From a virus: a DNA stretch of 64,000 nucleotides. The notes under the pieces are model-generated. The model did no database searches. It was not told where the DNA came from and worked only from the letters and a program-made list of their open reading frames with translations. Within the stretch, counting starts at the first letter, position 1; each line of letters begins with the position of its first letter. This document shows positions 22,901 to 30,226 of this stretch, piece by piece. A program made the translations under genes and the position numbers. Location of the stretch: positions 1 through 64,000 of the IMG/VR virus record IMGVR_UViG_3300033146_001643; one strand, given 5' to 3'.

Positions 22901-24562
22901 TTACCATCTGCGTATGAAAAAAATTCTCCATATAGCGATATTATAAAAATAGAGATTATAGCTGGTGAAGAATATAAATCTTATCCACAATATATTAAAT
23001 ATTATGATGTAGCAACACATAAATATTATTTGTATGAAAACACAGATAAAAATAAAAATGAAACTGATATAATATTTAGAAGATTGCCACTACTAGGAAC
23101 TGATAAGTTAGGATTTAATGAATATGATGGAACAATACAGTATGCTCAAAGTAATTTAACAGATAAACAAATCTATACAGAACAAGAATTAATTGAATTA
23201 AACAAAGTTACCGAGATAGCAACTATTCCTAATATGTTATCTAATATATATGATGATACAATATTAACAACTCCTACTAGTGAAAGTATTTGGAATAGAG
23301 TAGAGGAGTTAGCTAATAACAATACTATGTTTAGTGTAGCAGCTAAAATATTGTTGGCGAATAAAGATTTAGCTAAAGAATTTGAAGTAACTATTAATAA
23401 TTCAGGTGCACGTGGTATGACTAGAGTACATAATAATACAAAAGATTTAAAAACAATAGATATATCACCTAGACTATTTGAAACTACTAAAACTAGTGGT
23501 AATGTAGAAGCACAACAAACTGAATTAAATGAGATAGTTTTACATGAAATGTTACATGGAGTATTATCTAAAATTATAAATAATGCTATGAATGGTGTTG
23601 GCAATAATAATACCATTAAAGCAGTACAAGAATTAGATAACTTACGAAAAAGTATAATAAAAAATAACCAAGTTGAATTTAATGCTTATATGGATACTAG
23701 GGGTGTATCAAGTACAGCTGAAAATATAGCTAAATTTGAAGGATTAACTAATATACATGAATTTTTTAGTTATGCTTTTACTAATAGCAGTTTTCAAAAC
23801 TTTTTAAATACACAGGCTAGAACAGATAATGGTAAGGGTACTTTATTAAATCAATTATTAGAGTTATTAAGCGTTATTTTAGATACTACTATATTAGAGA
23901 ATATTGCAGAAGATAAAGCTTTATATCAAGTATTAAGTATGGGAGTAACTGCTTTTACTAAAATCATACCGCCTAATACTCTGATAAATAATAATTCAAA
24001 TAATAATTATTCAGCTATAACATCAAAATCTTTAAATCAAGCTTATATAGATAATAAGTTAATTAATAAAGATAATACGTATAAACGTTATAGTATAACA
24101 GATAATAACTATAAAAAAATATTAAAACAAGTAGCTAATATAAATAAACAAAAATTACCATATAAAGCTAAAATAATAAAAATAGTTGGAGAACGTGGAG
24201 ATAATAGACCTATGGCGGCAATTGATAAATATTATAAATATTCTGTAGAACAACAATTATATAATAACTCTTTTGTAGAACCTATAAAACCGTTATCTTT
24301 GCAGGATATACAAAATAAATATGAATTAACTACTAAAACTGGTATTATGAAAGCAGTAATACCAACAAATAGTAATTATGAAAGATTACTACAAACAACA
24401 ATAAAAATAAATAATGATATAGCAGTTAATCATATAGCAAATGTTATTAAAACCAAAATTAACAATAAAACAATGTATACAATAGAGTTATTAAATACAT
24501 CAACTCCTGTTGATATATTATATGCTAAAGCTACTAATAACACTAATAAAATAGACTGTTAA
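10904..24562 (+). CDS. Giant virion-packaged RNA polymerase polyprotein (crAss/phi14:2 gp66-like) with C-terminal zincin domain
   Basis: 4552 aa. LRIPNQG precedes the catalytic GADFDFD (nt 20642-20656, ~aa 3247). Zincin EIVLHEMLH (nt 23543-23557) is followed by HEFFSYAFTN. Hydrophobic Gly/Ala-rich segments occur in the N-terminal part. Confidence 0.9.
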   Translation: MPEDKIKLTPITINENSVANTNSNTIPPIVPNNNLGLNSDDPMVTANQALQEQNTQIVDFNAPAVLRGVNTRLNYNIEDYAKYTNGHLDVPWTNDIESLNTMRATNQSLLEKGWRTVNPLARIASVGLGLIKDIGYIAELPEVVIGKSDFNNGLIEWATKTKNDIIPRAYRTNPGKTFDFGDPTWYLNNGADLWDSISEFLLLGYGIGKVASWTSKGLISIAKTGKALETGINLTTKTLSAASLTYFESAYGATDAYQRINTSLLSQINPSTGKMFTPKEAHEYASGGAYTAFGTNMVVGTILNMPTMELIMPAKRTVVKGASTLAGLEGETIAEQLTRLQSLDLSNDIIKKAMTEYSAGKILLEGNNEGIEEILNNWAVQVGVDMGEANAQGDNQHWYEAFARIDTLMSQAMSPEGVLAYTLGAIGGIGQTMGMKVLPSSLGYERDKGGNIQYTESGQPINKTATILGQERNWGFNLANQKIEENFDVYNVQRMNIIKDLEFITDTNKRITKLENSNNSEDIAEAERLRNDLFALSSYHSVFNQQGENLINTMNTVAAADNTVVDKDGKTEAMRLGITNKPDSAVYKSDHKEKALELIPVIQKVNAVNKRIMQKYNTEQDMYYGIPGLVADVAIQATMAEEALNNKLTDNAVKYANLTAFGKLQLQQQVLSTILADKKSFASYIENIKKEVLRNRPAFITDNKVEQITRYKKVLKNKLKAIESQLKTFENADNKIVLNNTTTENALTDIDNITDLLVEEELLKMNSFVNNASYKYIIKRSTLSKVKEQKNKLYEATKLAQKKARDKKVKAVKTRMAKDIKNTITRNKKKDIKKAQEVNTTDNTTIKNTKDVEIKNTTSKDNNTIISGEVIVKQVRAQEVVDALKAILVLLDDTEAVQKIVQQLDDFNAKNQYKEQLSTLIAITKQLVIEYNGDSLITDIINKQLAEVIVLENIRNANNTQTKVSNKIDNLTNEQLSTEKEIDIIKSSKVAKPILITPQNTEELVGIIDILKTIILLLPENKDTKIVSNKLDTLNTETLDSTDIDNLLALTNNIINSSKIDVDIKLTIQNLYSNAIINNKTRLANNEITNAANDLLNTFEAITSDTTASDAIKASKRGAAFLNLIALAAKDVKSIGLDMYRDTYKRVLVANNWKENDIKRIHEMFSTLIPFAETSVGHAPSTYDIAWQFKNTVNYKGDIIDMAVQTGNTGKPYGFSENSSIEQQTEQVAITAKNYKKVNNPSESIANKEQEGVLDKSTGKYINVDNVTTFSVADNINIGDEIIFKVDTHYDGYIITDIGERVIWEDYSKNLGKTSSEYINNVPIKITTKDGKLLGYLHTINWLSESNNNVQDNIDIAAHSTNLNQIRRTIINSDTPIISTVTVKKAGSINTTYDNSKNLVSVQMPNLKNGAIVVFRNGKFEQVKNKSVAVDNLHWFNDFIFSGMPAVLTTMSNGETYAVPVTSTKLGDKVNSELLNGIINLIQLYASPKTEENKISRNNIAKEFGFDSLSATTLYTIISKLVYLEGFTDETIMDLAANQDSKVRDLFNINKKTGTIRFATTATNDKITPYTIYELHQNGNIFIKKPNKDKQILDKQQLTNSLDDILVKLSSILKNKVVNTDLEMLNNSEVFMIPYTDDDGIKVVKFESYEEFIKTKLLTNIVEKRQSIGGKIKIIHSVQSTVEFDSTFANTTRQEDSDIATNIKDSIIEKETSPLDDLFGKQESMEEYTAKQLSKPKLTITSEQQEQLKNLGYTQEEINKINPAVVTSILTYKIKPAVEVTISTEEKNIKLKAAREARLLKRKSKKKTTKKIINSFEAITSNNNTFSALSSTDNITNILDAALKESLIPGLSSYEQHTVLMNTINIIKDHIDGDWTKESISQTIEAIFNHYVDISIALDIVKDEQELDVIEDISEESEAIQNLIDTFRKLSLPRILSMKSIYDVISDDANYNKLVDIVLKDLQTHGIQLTQQVDAIDETTDSEMENDNETSDITIRNKWNIENASVNTFDRTSSEFKAIIRTIPQMDFVHNTDGTIKFENGEPVMQKILNVMGTTEFVEPERIQQELFLLLQKFSHLSTGEKYNAYIKTLLSTDHNTAHLVVLGKMFQEASDKIKAELINTISTQKTNAAIVIWKKNLGVDNNVHYGMYVKNSSKPHELDKLRSIWNSHQTQQITNKLIENNAKGLPIVKATRVAYWQKYYMSMLTDIKVKNLLIHAENKNNKNNKTKRKLLELPNMPDNLVLKLFNEIGINLTQEQLNELKHIETNELLKSFFNHKNMPSVFRITRYPDLFIPNGLIDTMIKDMGNPLIDELLFENNPLTSINSKVLDAIANVQLSIEGGYGTTTFTRGNGTMQQTYSQNTALSHKMNRLLDIKELPNGGQEMSSEFNMHANSNIQYSGRDNNGEHKSKWLDDIENGKAGQFQVGVVDSLKQGGVDKSAVLRTKATRNELLVDELARFTNSGNKTAQFLILAFSDKSTAATITAPKIVTDISFSNNKPKFRQLQRNQIWQYILLPEVDRINNHAKRIIDGTITRNTSGNQYYEGGLLFQLTPYLNTHELMLGDKAMRNEDGTIDVTPETKQLLIDVVEKEILASAEETKADMLSAGMFRTRTVKNKNDNSETTIDELHFVDKQYLRTLDNTLTTKQKLQYIAIDFAFNKAIATTEFTKLFGGDMANVYKNKGISKNKQLNTFIKNNKFNYVQYLNANKNILQQQIAKQWGEYIKRMAKDIAPGIDGYWVDSEGRNHNIFNQAYINDLSLDLSGYTGVEGGDAQQYSTLKEFVIVQHGYGKISDDTYSELMAQIEEVELINKEIIDKNKDKPLSEILPLLEHVDLTNDYLTELEEAVRISPLKPVYVGDVINEEQGRIDKKYIKVAVFPLIGNATTGTEIDYLRRRMEYEEIITGKPVNITYTSGVKIGLNNVSTVWKPNTTTNATHAVANKHGIENMQFEQLHRDGYRIQQEEPTHVHTETVTVTQANKLLWSGIMRILDNTGVLSGFKHNGSDMNVEELKEQFHTIKKQLSNNGVDQLNRRLGLNTDGTFKDLTKLVALIKDEMYTRNYPESDIASMEMTSIDGQQQIKLPIAFQGNGQRIEALINSIITKETIKTKMPGRSYVQVSGHGIGSVKSLSNTQKSDIVFTELYTDNHLKFVTNENGVVTYAQCLVPFNITAPNGELYKIEDFLITKDGKQLLDTTRLPKDILKLIGLRIPNQGHSSMLLLEIAGFLPSYMHDNIIVPPEITAQMGADFDFDHLYTYSFNTEQRLTAEAFNTYKEQFDNLIDTRGIIKYMNQQVAEKYVGLQNKLQTATEDDKKIISKEIKKLQLKAKKKLYIEFLNNGNNVVIAKINSAVTDYSIASKEELQNAYVETFHTVLSHTAVAKKMTTPLDLPYLASEADKIDKIINSIGENNFNPLSTRFSTDMYLANQAGKLGVAIQSIASTFLALIEDKSLKLTNSVNRNKIDLNIKISTDNGVIKLNKLGLGNYTNTKGDNISNADILLMLQNEAVDNAKNLNLASLFYNKDTASIYNVLAMLISNNKETLPLEFLVRFINQEAIKSYINKLQETSSTIAEFTPNAKQKIFDDLLKEYINKGANKTEINNYVGTISNGNYTYTYTESDLLKALKSKKRDSNYYQLQAETLIFVKTLMDNVIQPVQNVISATNGIDTVGLGKDIFTTIAKQQAVQTYLLENSVVLGAGSIIYDTDNNYTEIGTMYNNSVNLSLKILSTTTNNDGTSILPYTSKYAEKIFMNYADILGKDILSVQDYKDIWRATKQLIVSKIIYNTTNADSLANLRKSLFFGDTSLGVQLKNVENEPWFKENRFLLNGINRLIVKDDNVIKYNKETSKYEALNNTTPILVKYEMGVKKDTDDYRNIEAILELLYTSISEYETIKDNILDTDIHKAIITKYEFAQSLVNYTILEGGIQNAQNWVKYLPISYLEAIGFNKSIRDINFNSIDVYDTISSPEVIIRQYLQHNPKKAKTFNPQYVKSTTKNNNIITLPSAYEKNSPYSDIIKIEIIAGEEYKSYPQYIKYYDVATHKYYLYENTDKNKNETDIIFRRLPLLGTDKLGFNEYDGTIQYAQSNLTDKQIYTEQELIELNKVTEIATIPNMLSNIYDDTILTTPTSESIWNRVEELANNNTMFSVAAKILLANKDLAKEFEVTINNSGARGMTRVHNNTKDLKTIDISPRLFETTKTSGNVEAQQTELNEIVLHEMLHGVLSKIINNAMNGVGNNNTIKAVQELDNLRKSIIKNNQVEFNAYMDTRGVSSTAENIAKFEGLTNIHEFFSYAFTNSSFQNFLNTQARTDNGKGTLLNQLLELLSVILDTTILENIAEDKALYQVLSMGVTAFTKIIPPNTLINNNSNNNYSAITSKSLNQAYIDNKLINKDNTYKRYSITDNNYKKILKQVANINKQKLPYKAKIIKIVGERGDNRPMAAIDKYYKYSVEQQLYNNSFVEPIKPLSLQDIQNKYELTTKTGIMKAVIPTNSNYERLLQTTIKINNDIAVNHIANVIKTKINNKTMYTIELLNTSTPVDILYAKATNNTNKIDC

Positions 24563-24586
24563 TATAAACATATAAATAATAAATAA

Positions 24587-27500
24587 ATGAGTTGCCCTAA
24601 TAAAAATAATCCAGCCTGGAAGCTTCTAGTTATGAAACTAGGAGCTGACAATGCTATGCGAATATTTAAAGAGAATAATGATAATATACCACCAACAGAG
24701 ATAATTAATCAGTTGTCAATTATGTATAATAATACACAAACTAAAGTATCTATATCCAATCAAAAGATACCACAGGTATTATTAGATGAAATAAATACTA
24801 AGTATAACCTTGCTGATAGTAAAGGGAGATTACGTAAATTTAATAATGTTGAGGCTATGTTAGATAACCTCAATAGATTGCCAGGTTTTACTTTTATAGA
24901 AGTTAATAATAATGATGGAACTTCATCTATACAAGCATTTCAACAAGTTGTTAGTAATACAGATAATGATGCGGAATTTGCAGCTATAAGCAGTGAAAAG
25001 CAAAAAGATAAGCTTAAAACAAGGTATATTACATTACGTAATATAGAAGAGCTAGTTTTACCAGAAGATATTAAATTGGGGGTATTAAAATTGATTGAAC
25101 AACGAGACTTGATTAGGTCAACAATGAATAGAGACAAGTCAAAAACCGCCGCTATACAACTTGAAATTGACGATATTAATCATGTAATTACAGAAATAAT
25201 TATAAGTAAGAAATCATTAGAGCTTGTAGATATAATGGAACATAGGATTAATAGTGCTACTGCTAGGTTGAAAACTTCGGGGAATTTAACCCCAACTGGG
25301 TTAAGAATACTGTATTCTGAAATATTAGTTTGGACTGATTTAATTAATAAATGGCAAGACCCAGCTAATTCTCATTTAGAGGCTCATAATAACCCAATTG
25401 TACAACAAAGAATAGCTGGGCTATATGGTTCTTTATCAATAATACAAGCGGATTTTTTACATCTACAACAACAGCTTTATAAAAACGAAATGAATAAGTT
25501 ATTGCCACGTGAGCTTAAAGATGAAGACTTAACAAGAAGTAGGGAAATAACTAAAGCCAGGAGAATGACTACTGATTTATCTGAAGTACGAGATAGACTA
25601 GTACAATCTATAGATAAACTATTAAAAGGAGCGGATAGAAGTAGTATGAATGATTACAATAAACAAGCTAAGACTTTAGAAAATAAACTAGCGTATTTTA
25701 GAAAAAATGGACTACAATTAGATAGTAAAGAATTTAGAGATGTATTATTGCAAAAAGATAAAGATGGTGAATTAACTGGTGAGTTGGTAGATGAGCGTAG
25801 TGCTTTGTTTGAAGATATGGAGAAGAAAAATATAGCTGACAAAATATCACTTAGGTATATGGAGTCTATAAAAGGAATGTTTAGAAAAGTAAAAAGTATA
25901 AAATCATGGGAGTCTTCTGTATATATAACAGTTGATTTAGCGATGTTGCAAAATAATAAAAAGGTTGAGTTAAATAGATTAGTCGACTTAGTTGGCGAAG
26001 TTAGAGCTAAAACACTAATAGTCGATGCTGAACTTAAATATGAAGAATATAAAGCTGCTTTAGCCCACATGAAAATTATATTGGAAGAGCGTATAAAATA
26101 TGATAATGATTATAATGAGGCAGATGCTACAATAGAAAAATTTATAGGTGAACAGTCAGAAAAAAATGCTCTTATAGATGAAAAAGTTTCAAATGCGATT
26201 AGAAAATGGGAAGATAGGAATAACCCATTAAATTATACTAAATATATAACTGATACAACGCCTACCACTTATGCTATGGAGACTAATTATGTAGCTAAAA
26301 CATTAAATAGGTCTGCGTATAATGGTAAAGTGTTCAATGAGCAATTTAAAGTTATTGAGGATAATGATTTAATGTATGAATTTTATATATGGTATGTAGA
26401 ACAATTGCAAATACAAAAAGCTAAATTACCGCAAGATGTACTAGATAATATGAGCTATACATTTTTACCTGAAGTGTACAAAGAAATGACTGAAAAATTA
26501 TCTTCTGGGAAAAATGGATTAGCCAGTGTGCCTGGAAGAATATTCGAGATGTTAAAGTCTGGGGAAATAGCTGACTCATTTTTACAGAGTATAGCTGTTG
26601 ACAATAAGGTAGATAATGATAATTTATACGATAGTGCAGGAAATAAAAAGCGTGCTATACTAGTTAAATACACTAATAATAGTATAGAAATACATAAAAA
26701 AACATTAGATAACTTAGTTGTTAATAAAAGTGTATTGGAGGCTAAGCAAGCTAGTGCTTTAAAAATAATAGCTAATAATCCATCAGGCACAAAGACATAT
26801 ATAGATGCATATACTTATTTAAAAAAATCTAAAAAAGAATTAGTTAAAATTGAGAAACAAGTTGAGATAACAACTAAAAAATTAGCTACTATTAGGCGTG
26901 ATAGAAGTACTGATTTAGTGGGTGTATTAAAAGCTTTTACATTAATGGCTACGTATCATCAGCATAAAGCTATAGTAGAAGACCATGTATTAGCGGGGAG
27001 GCGGATATTAGAAAATATAGCTATGGTAGAAACCAAAGATGGCTCATTTGTAAATAAGTCAGAAGGGGCTGTGCAATTAAAAGCTGCAACTGATTATGCT
27101 ATAAATGCTGTATTATACGAAGAACAGCGTATAGATAGGCAACCAAGTGATAATGCTATATATATTAATAAAGATACTAGACAACAAAAGAAAAAAATAG
27201 ATAATGAAATGAAAGCTTTGGATAAAGAGTTTGCTAATGGCGATATAACAACCGAGGAATATAATATTGCTATAAAACATAAAGAACAAGAATTGGGGGA
27301 ATTAACTGGTAAAGCTGTAAGTTGGAGTAAAGTATTTGATAAATTCTTAACATATACACAATTAAAAGGACTTGGTTACAATGTACAATCAGCAGCTATC
27401 AATTTAATATATGGGTTGATTTCTAATCAAATGTATGCAGCGTCCTCGGAAGATATAGATAATAAATCATTAGTAGAAGCTTTTAAGATTATGAAGGGTA

Positions 27501-28609
27501 GTATGATACAAAAAACATCTGGGATAGCTGTGGGTGAAGCTCGTAAAGTAGAAGCATTAATAGATAAATTTAATGTACTATTTGAAGTAAGTGAAGCTGC
27601 TTATGGAACTAAGAACACTTTATCCGACAAAATAAAGAAATTGGGAATATTATTGCCGTATGAGGGGCAAAAACGTGGGGAATATATTATACAAGGAATG
27701 TTATTAGTAGCTATGTTAAAGAGCAAAACGATACAAATTAATGGTAAAAATATAGCATTATACGAAGTATTTAAAGAGAATGGTGAATGGGATACTGAGA
27801 AATACGGAGAAGAACAAGAAGAATGGAGTACAGATGTTACTGGTTTAAGTAATAATAGTTATACTAAATTTAGGGATAGGATTATACAAACTATAAAACG
27901 TGTTCATGGTAATTATGACCCTACATCAATGGTAGAGGGAAAAGCTACTAGTATAGGTAGAATGTTATTCCAGTTTAAATCTTGGATTCCAGCAGGTATA
28001 ACTACTAGATTTGAGCGTAAACGGTATGACCAGTATTTAGACAGAGATGTTAAAGGCAGATATAGAAGTATTAAAGATATAGGCTATGGCACAGGTTTAA
28101 AGATAATGGCTAATCCATCTTATATACTCGGATTAAAGAAAATACAACTTGATTCTTTAGGGAGATTAGCAACTGCCGAGGATTTAACTAATATGAAGTA
28201 TAATCTACAAGAGATGCGTTGGGTATTATTATCTGTAATAACTAGTCTTACCTTAGCTATGTTAGGAGCTTTTGCGAGTAATGATGACGAGGAAGAAAAA
28301 TTGATTACCTTATTAATTAATAATGCAACTAGGTTACAGGGAGATATGACATTTTATTTAAACCCTATGACTCCAATAGATTTAGTTAAGAGCCCAGTAG
28401 CAGTATTAAAATCATTTACAGATATAGTTAAATTAGTAGATGCTTCTACTAAAATTATATATAAAGATGACCCTTATTACAATACAGAATATTACTTACG
28501 TAAAGTAGCTAAGATAATACCATTTTTTAGTAACGTTGACCAACTATATGGTGCTACACAACGTACTTATGATAAGCACCCAATAATTGATGCGTTGATT
28601 AAGAAGTAG
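24587..28609 (+). CDS. Large virion cargo protein downstream of the vRNAP
   Basis: 1340 aa. Starts MSCPNKNNPAWKLLV. C-terminal HGNYD...GRMLFQFKSW...GRYRS followed by a hydrophobic helix, typical of crAss-like ejection proteins. Confidence 0.75.
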   Translation: MSCPNKNNPAWKLLVMKLGADNAMRIFKENNDNIPPTEIINQLSIMYNNTQTKVSISNQKIPQVLLDEINTKYNLADSKGRLRKFNNVEAMLDNLNRLPGFTFIEVNNNDGTSSIQAFQQVVSNTDNDAEFAAISSEKQKDKLKTRYITLRNIEELVLPEDIKLGVLKLIEQRDLIRSTMNRDKSKTAAIQLEIDDINHVITEIIISKKSLELVDIMEHRINSATARLKTSGNLTPTGLRILYSEILVWTDLINKWQDPANSHLEAHNNPIVQQRIAGLYGSLSIIQADFLHLQQQLYKNEMNKLLPRELKDEDLTRSREITKARRMTTDLSEVRDRLVQSIDKLLKGADRSSMNDYNKQAKTLENKLAYFRKNGLQLDSKEFRDVLLQKDKDGELTGELVDERSALFEDMEKKNIADKISLRYMESIKGMFRKVKSIKSWESSVYITVDLAMLQNNKKVELNRLVDLVGEVRAKTLIVDAELKYEEYKAALAHMKIILEERIKYDNDYNEADATIEKFIGEQSEKNALIDEKVSNAIRKWEDRNNPLNYTKYITDTTPTTYAMETNYVAKTLNRSAYNGKVFNEQFKVIEDNDLMYEFYIWYVEQLQIQKAKLPQDVLDNMSYTFLPEVYKEMTEKLSSGKNGLASVPGRIFEMLKSGEIADSFLQSIAVDNKVDNDNLYDSAGNKKRAILVKYTNNSIEIHKKTLDNLVVNKSVLEAKQASALKIIANNPSGTKTYIDAYTYLKKSKKELVKIEKQVEITTKKLATIRRDRSTDLVGVLKAFTLMATYHQHKAIVEDHVLAGRRILENIAMVETKDGSFVNKSEGAVQLKAATDYAINAVLYEEQRIDRQPSDNAIYINKDTRQQKKKIDNEMKALDKEFANGDITTEEYNIAIKHKEQELGELTGKAVSWSKVFDKFLTYTQLKGLGYNVQSAAINLIYGLISNQMYAASSEDIDNKSLVEAFKIMKGSMIQKTSGIAVGEARKVEALIDKFNVLFEVSEAAYGTKNTLSDKIKKLGILLPYEGQKRGEYIIQGMLLVAMLKSKTIQINGKNIALYEVFKENGEWDTEKYGEEQEEWSTDVTGLSNNSYTKFRDRIIQTIKRVHGNYDPTSMVEGKATSIGRMLFQFKSWIPAGITTRFERKRYDQYLDRDVKGRYRSIKDIGYGTGLKIMANPSYILGLKKIQLDSLGRLATAEDLTNMKYNLQEMRWVLLSVITSLTLAMLGAFASNDDEEEKLITLLINNATRLQGDMTFYLNPMTPIDLVKSPVAVLKSFTDIVKLVDASTKIIYKDDPYYNTEYYLRKVAKIIPFFSNVDQLYGATQRTYDKHPIIDALIKK

Positions 28610-28629
28610 CCAATTATAAATTTTTTAAA

Positions 28630-28659
28630 AAGAGCATACCATTTGAATGATATGCTCTT
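28630..28659. terminator. Bidirectional intrinsic terminator between the convergent virion and replication modules
   Basis: AAGAGCATA-C-CATT / AATG-A-TATGCTCTT hairpin flanked by A/T runs, between convergent stops at 28609 and 28666. Confidence 0.8.
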
Positions 28660-28665
28660 ATTTAT

Positions 28666-29124
28666 TTAAAGTTCAATAAAATCAGTCTCTTTGGATTCTA
28701 ATTGTCCTAATCTATGTAAAGTTCTTAATATCTTGTTTAAGTCTGTATTATTATTATTACTTAATTTATTAGCTAATTTATCCAGTAAACTGGTTGTAGG
28801 ATTTAATGCCTGTTGTATTGAAATATTTTTCGGGTAATACTTGATAATAGCAGTTTTAGCTCTATTACTAAATTTTGAATAAAGCCCTAATGTAAATAAC
28901 GTGTAATCTACTATATATTTATCTGCGATTTGTATTTTTATATACTCTATCCCTGATTTATCTATAACAATACTAATATTTGGTAAATCTAATAATGTTG
29001 GTTGTATGTTTTTTATATATACGTATGCTTTTGTATCCTCTTTTCGTATTTTTCCTACATGTGGAAATTTATTTTCTGATATAGGCAACAATAATGGTAT
29101 TAAGTATTTAGTAGTTCTATTCAT
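28666..29124 (-). CDS. Hypothetical protein (crAss-like conserved)
   Basis: 152 aa with MNRTTKYLIPLL and DYTLFTLGLYSKFS. Last gene of the replication operon. Confidence 0.6.
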   Translation of the reverse strand: MNRTTKYLIPLLLPISENKFPHVGKIRKEDTKAYVYIKNIQPTLLDLPNISIVIDKSGIEYIKIQIADKYIVDYTLFTLGLYSKFSNRAKTAIIKYYPKNISIQQALNPTTSLLDKLANKLSNNNNTDLNKILRTLHRLGQLESKETDFIEL

Positions 29125-29126
29125 TT

Positions 29127-29864
29127 TTACATTCTATATTTAATCGCTGCTGCATTTATATAATCAGTATGCAATTTAATAGATAAATATCTTTTATAAA
29201 ATCTTTGTAGTCCTTCTACTTCACCATAAGAGATTACATATTCAGTTAACACATTTAATACACTGTCAGTAAAGTTAGTATATTTAATGCTTATGTTACT
29301 AGTTATTTTACTATAACCAGTTACTTTGTTTTTGTCTAGTAGTAAAGCTGTTAAATTATTTTCAGCTTGCTGTTTATCAATATATTTAATATCTAATAGG
29401 TTTACAAATGATGTAGGTGTACAATGTACACCATTAAGTTGTTTGAGCTTATTATTATTGTGCAATAATAATGGACAGTTTTTATGTAAAGCCATTGTAC
29501 TAGTTATACCTAAGGATACAAAATGTTTATCTATATTAGTAGTATAGAAACGTTTATATAGTGTATACATAGCATTTTCCACGTCATTTACTTCTACCGC
29601 TCCCCAATGTACCTTTGTATTATTTTTTAAATACCCACCTTTTAATAATATAGATTTTATAAATTCTAAATGTGGCAATGTTATTTGGCTGTATATAACT
29701 GCTGGTTTATTAGATAATAGTATATAGTAACTATTTGTTTTTATATACTGTAATATTTTATGCACATACTTATTACACATTGTAGTAATATGTGATTTTT
29801 CCATAGTATTTGCTTTAACAGCTAGCATTGTAAGTAGTAAATCACCGTCTATTATTGCTAACAT
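29127..29864 (-). CDS. 5'-3' exonuclease/flap-endonuclease fold protein, probably inactive
   Basis: N-terminal AIIDGDLL, HWGAV and LKQLNGVH match the fold. The acidic EADD, DKD and GDxxD motifs appear replaced. Confidence 0.55.
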   Translation of the reverse strand: MLAIIDGDLLLTMLAVKANTMEKSHITTMCNKYVHKILQYIKTNSYYILLSNKPAVIYSQITLPHLEFIKSILLKGGYLKNNTKVHWGAVEVNDVENAMYTLYKRFYTTNIDKHFVSLGITSTMALHKNCPLLLHNNNKLKQLNGVHCTPTSFVNLLDIKYIDKQQAENNLTALLLDKNKVTGYSKITSNISIKYTNFTDSVLNVLTEYVISYGEVEGLQRFYKRYLSIKLHTDYINAAAIKYRM

Positions 29865-30211
29865 CTGATATAATGTATTGCTTCTTTATCTTCTAATCTT
29901 ACAATATTATTTAATGTAACTATATTAATGTTAATATAGTTATTGTCTAGTGGTTTTTCTAAATCTATTGCCCCTATATGACTAGTAACACTTAAATCTA
30001 ATAATCTAACAATTCTTGTTGTAAAATGCCCATTAGCTTTAATAAAAGTAACTCGTACTATTTCATTACTCTTTAATACTTTTCTTAGTACAGTAGTAAA
30101 CACTCGTTTATTTACATATTTCGGGGTACATTTATTGAATTTTTTTAAAATTGTAGCTATTGGTAAATTCTTTAATCTTTTATATAATTGACCATCAATA
30201 TATCTATACAT
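29858..30211 (-). CDS. WYL_2/SH3-Sm-like fold protein
   Basis: IVRVTFIKANGHFTTR...AIDLEK...ININIVTL resembles the phage VxFxKxxGxxR family. Confidence 0.45.
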   Translation of the reverse strand: MYRYIDGQLYKRLKNLPIATILKKFNKCTPKYVNKRVFTTVLRKVLKSNEIVRVTFIKANGHFTTRIVRLLDLSVTSHIGAIDLEKPLDNNYININIVTLNNIVRLEDKEAIHYIRC

Positions 30212-30226
30212 AATTAATCTGGTTAA

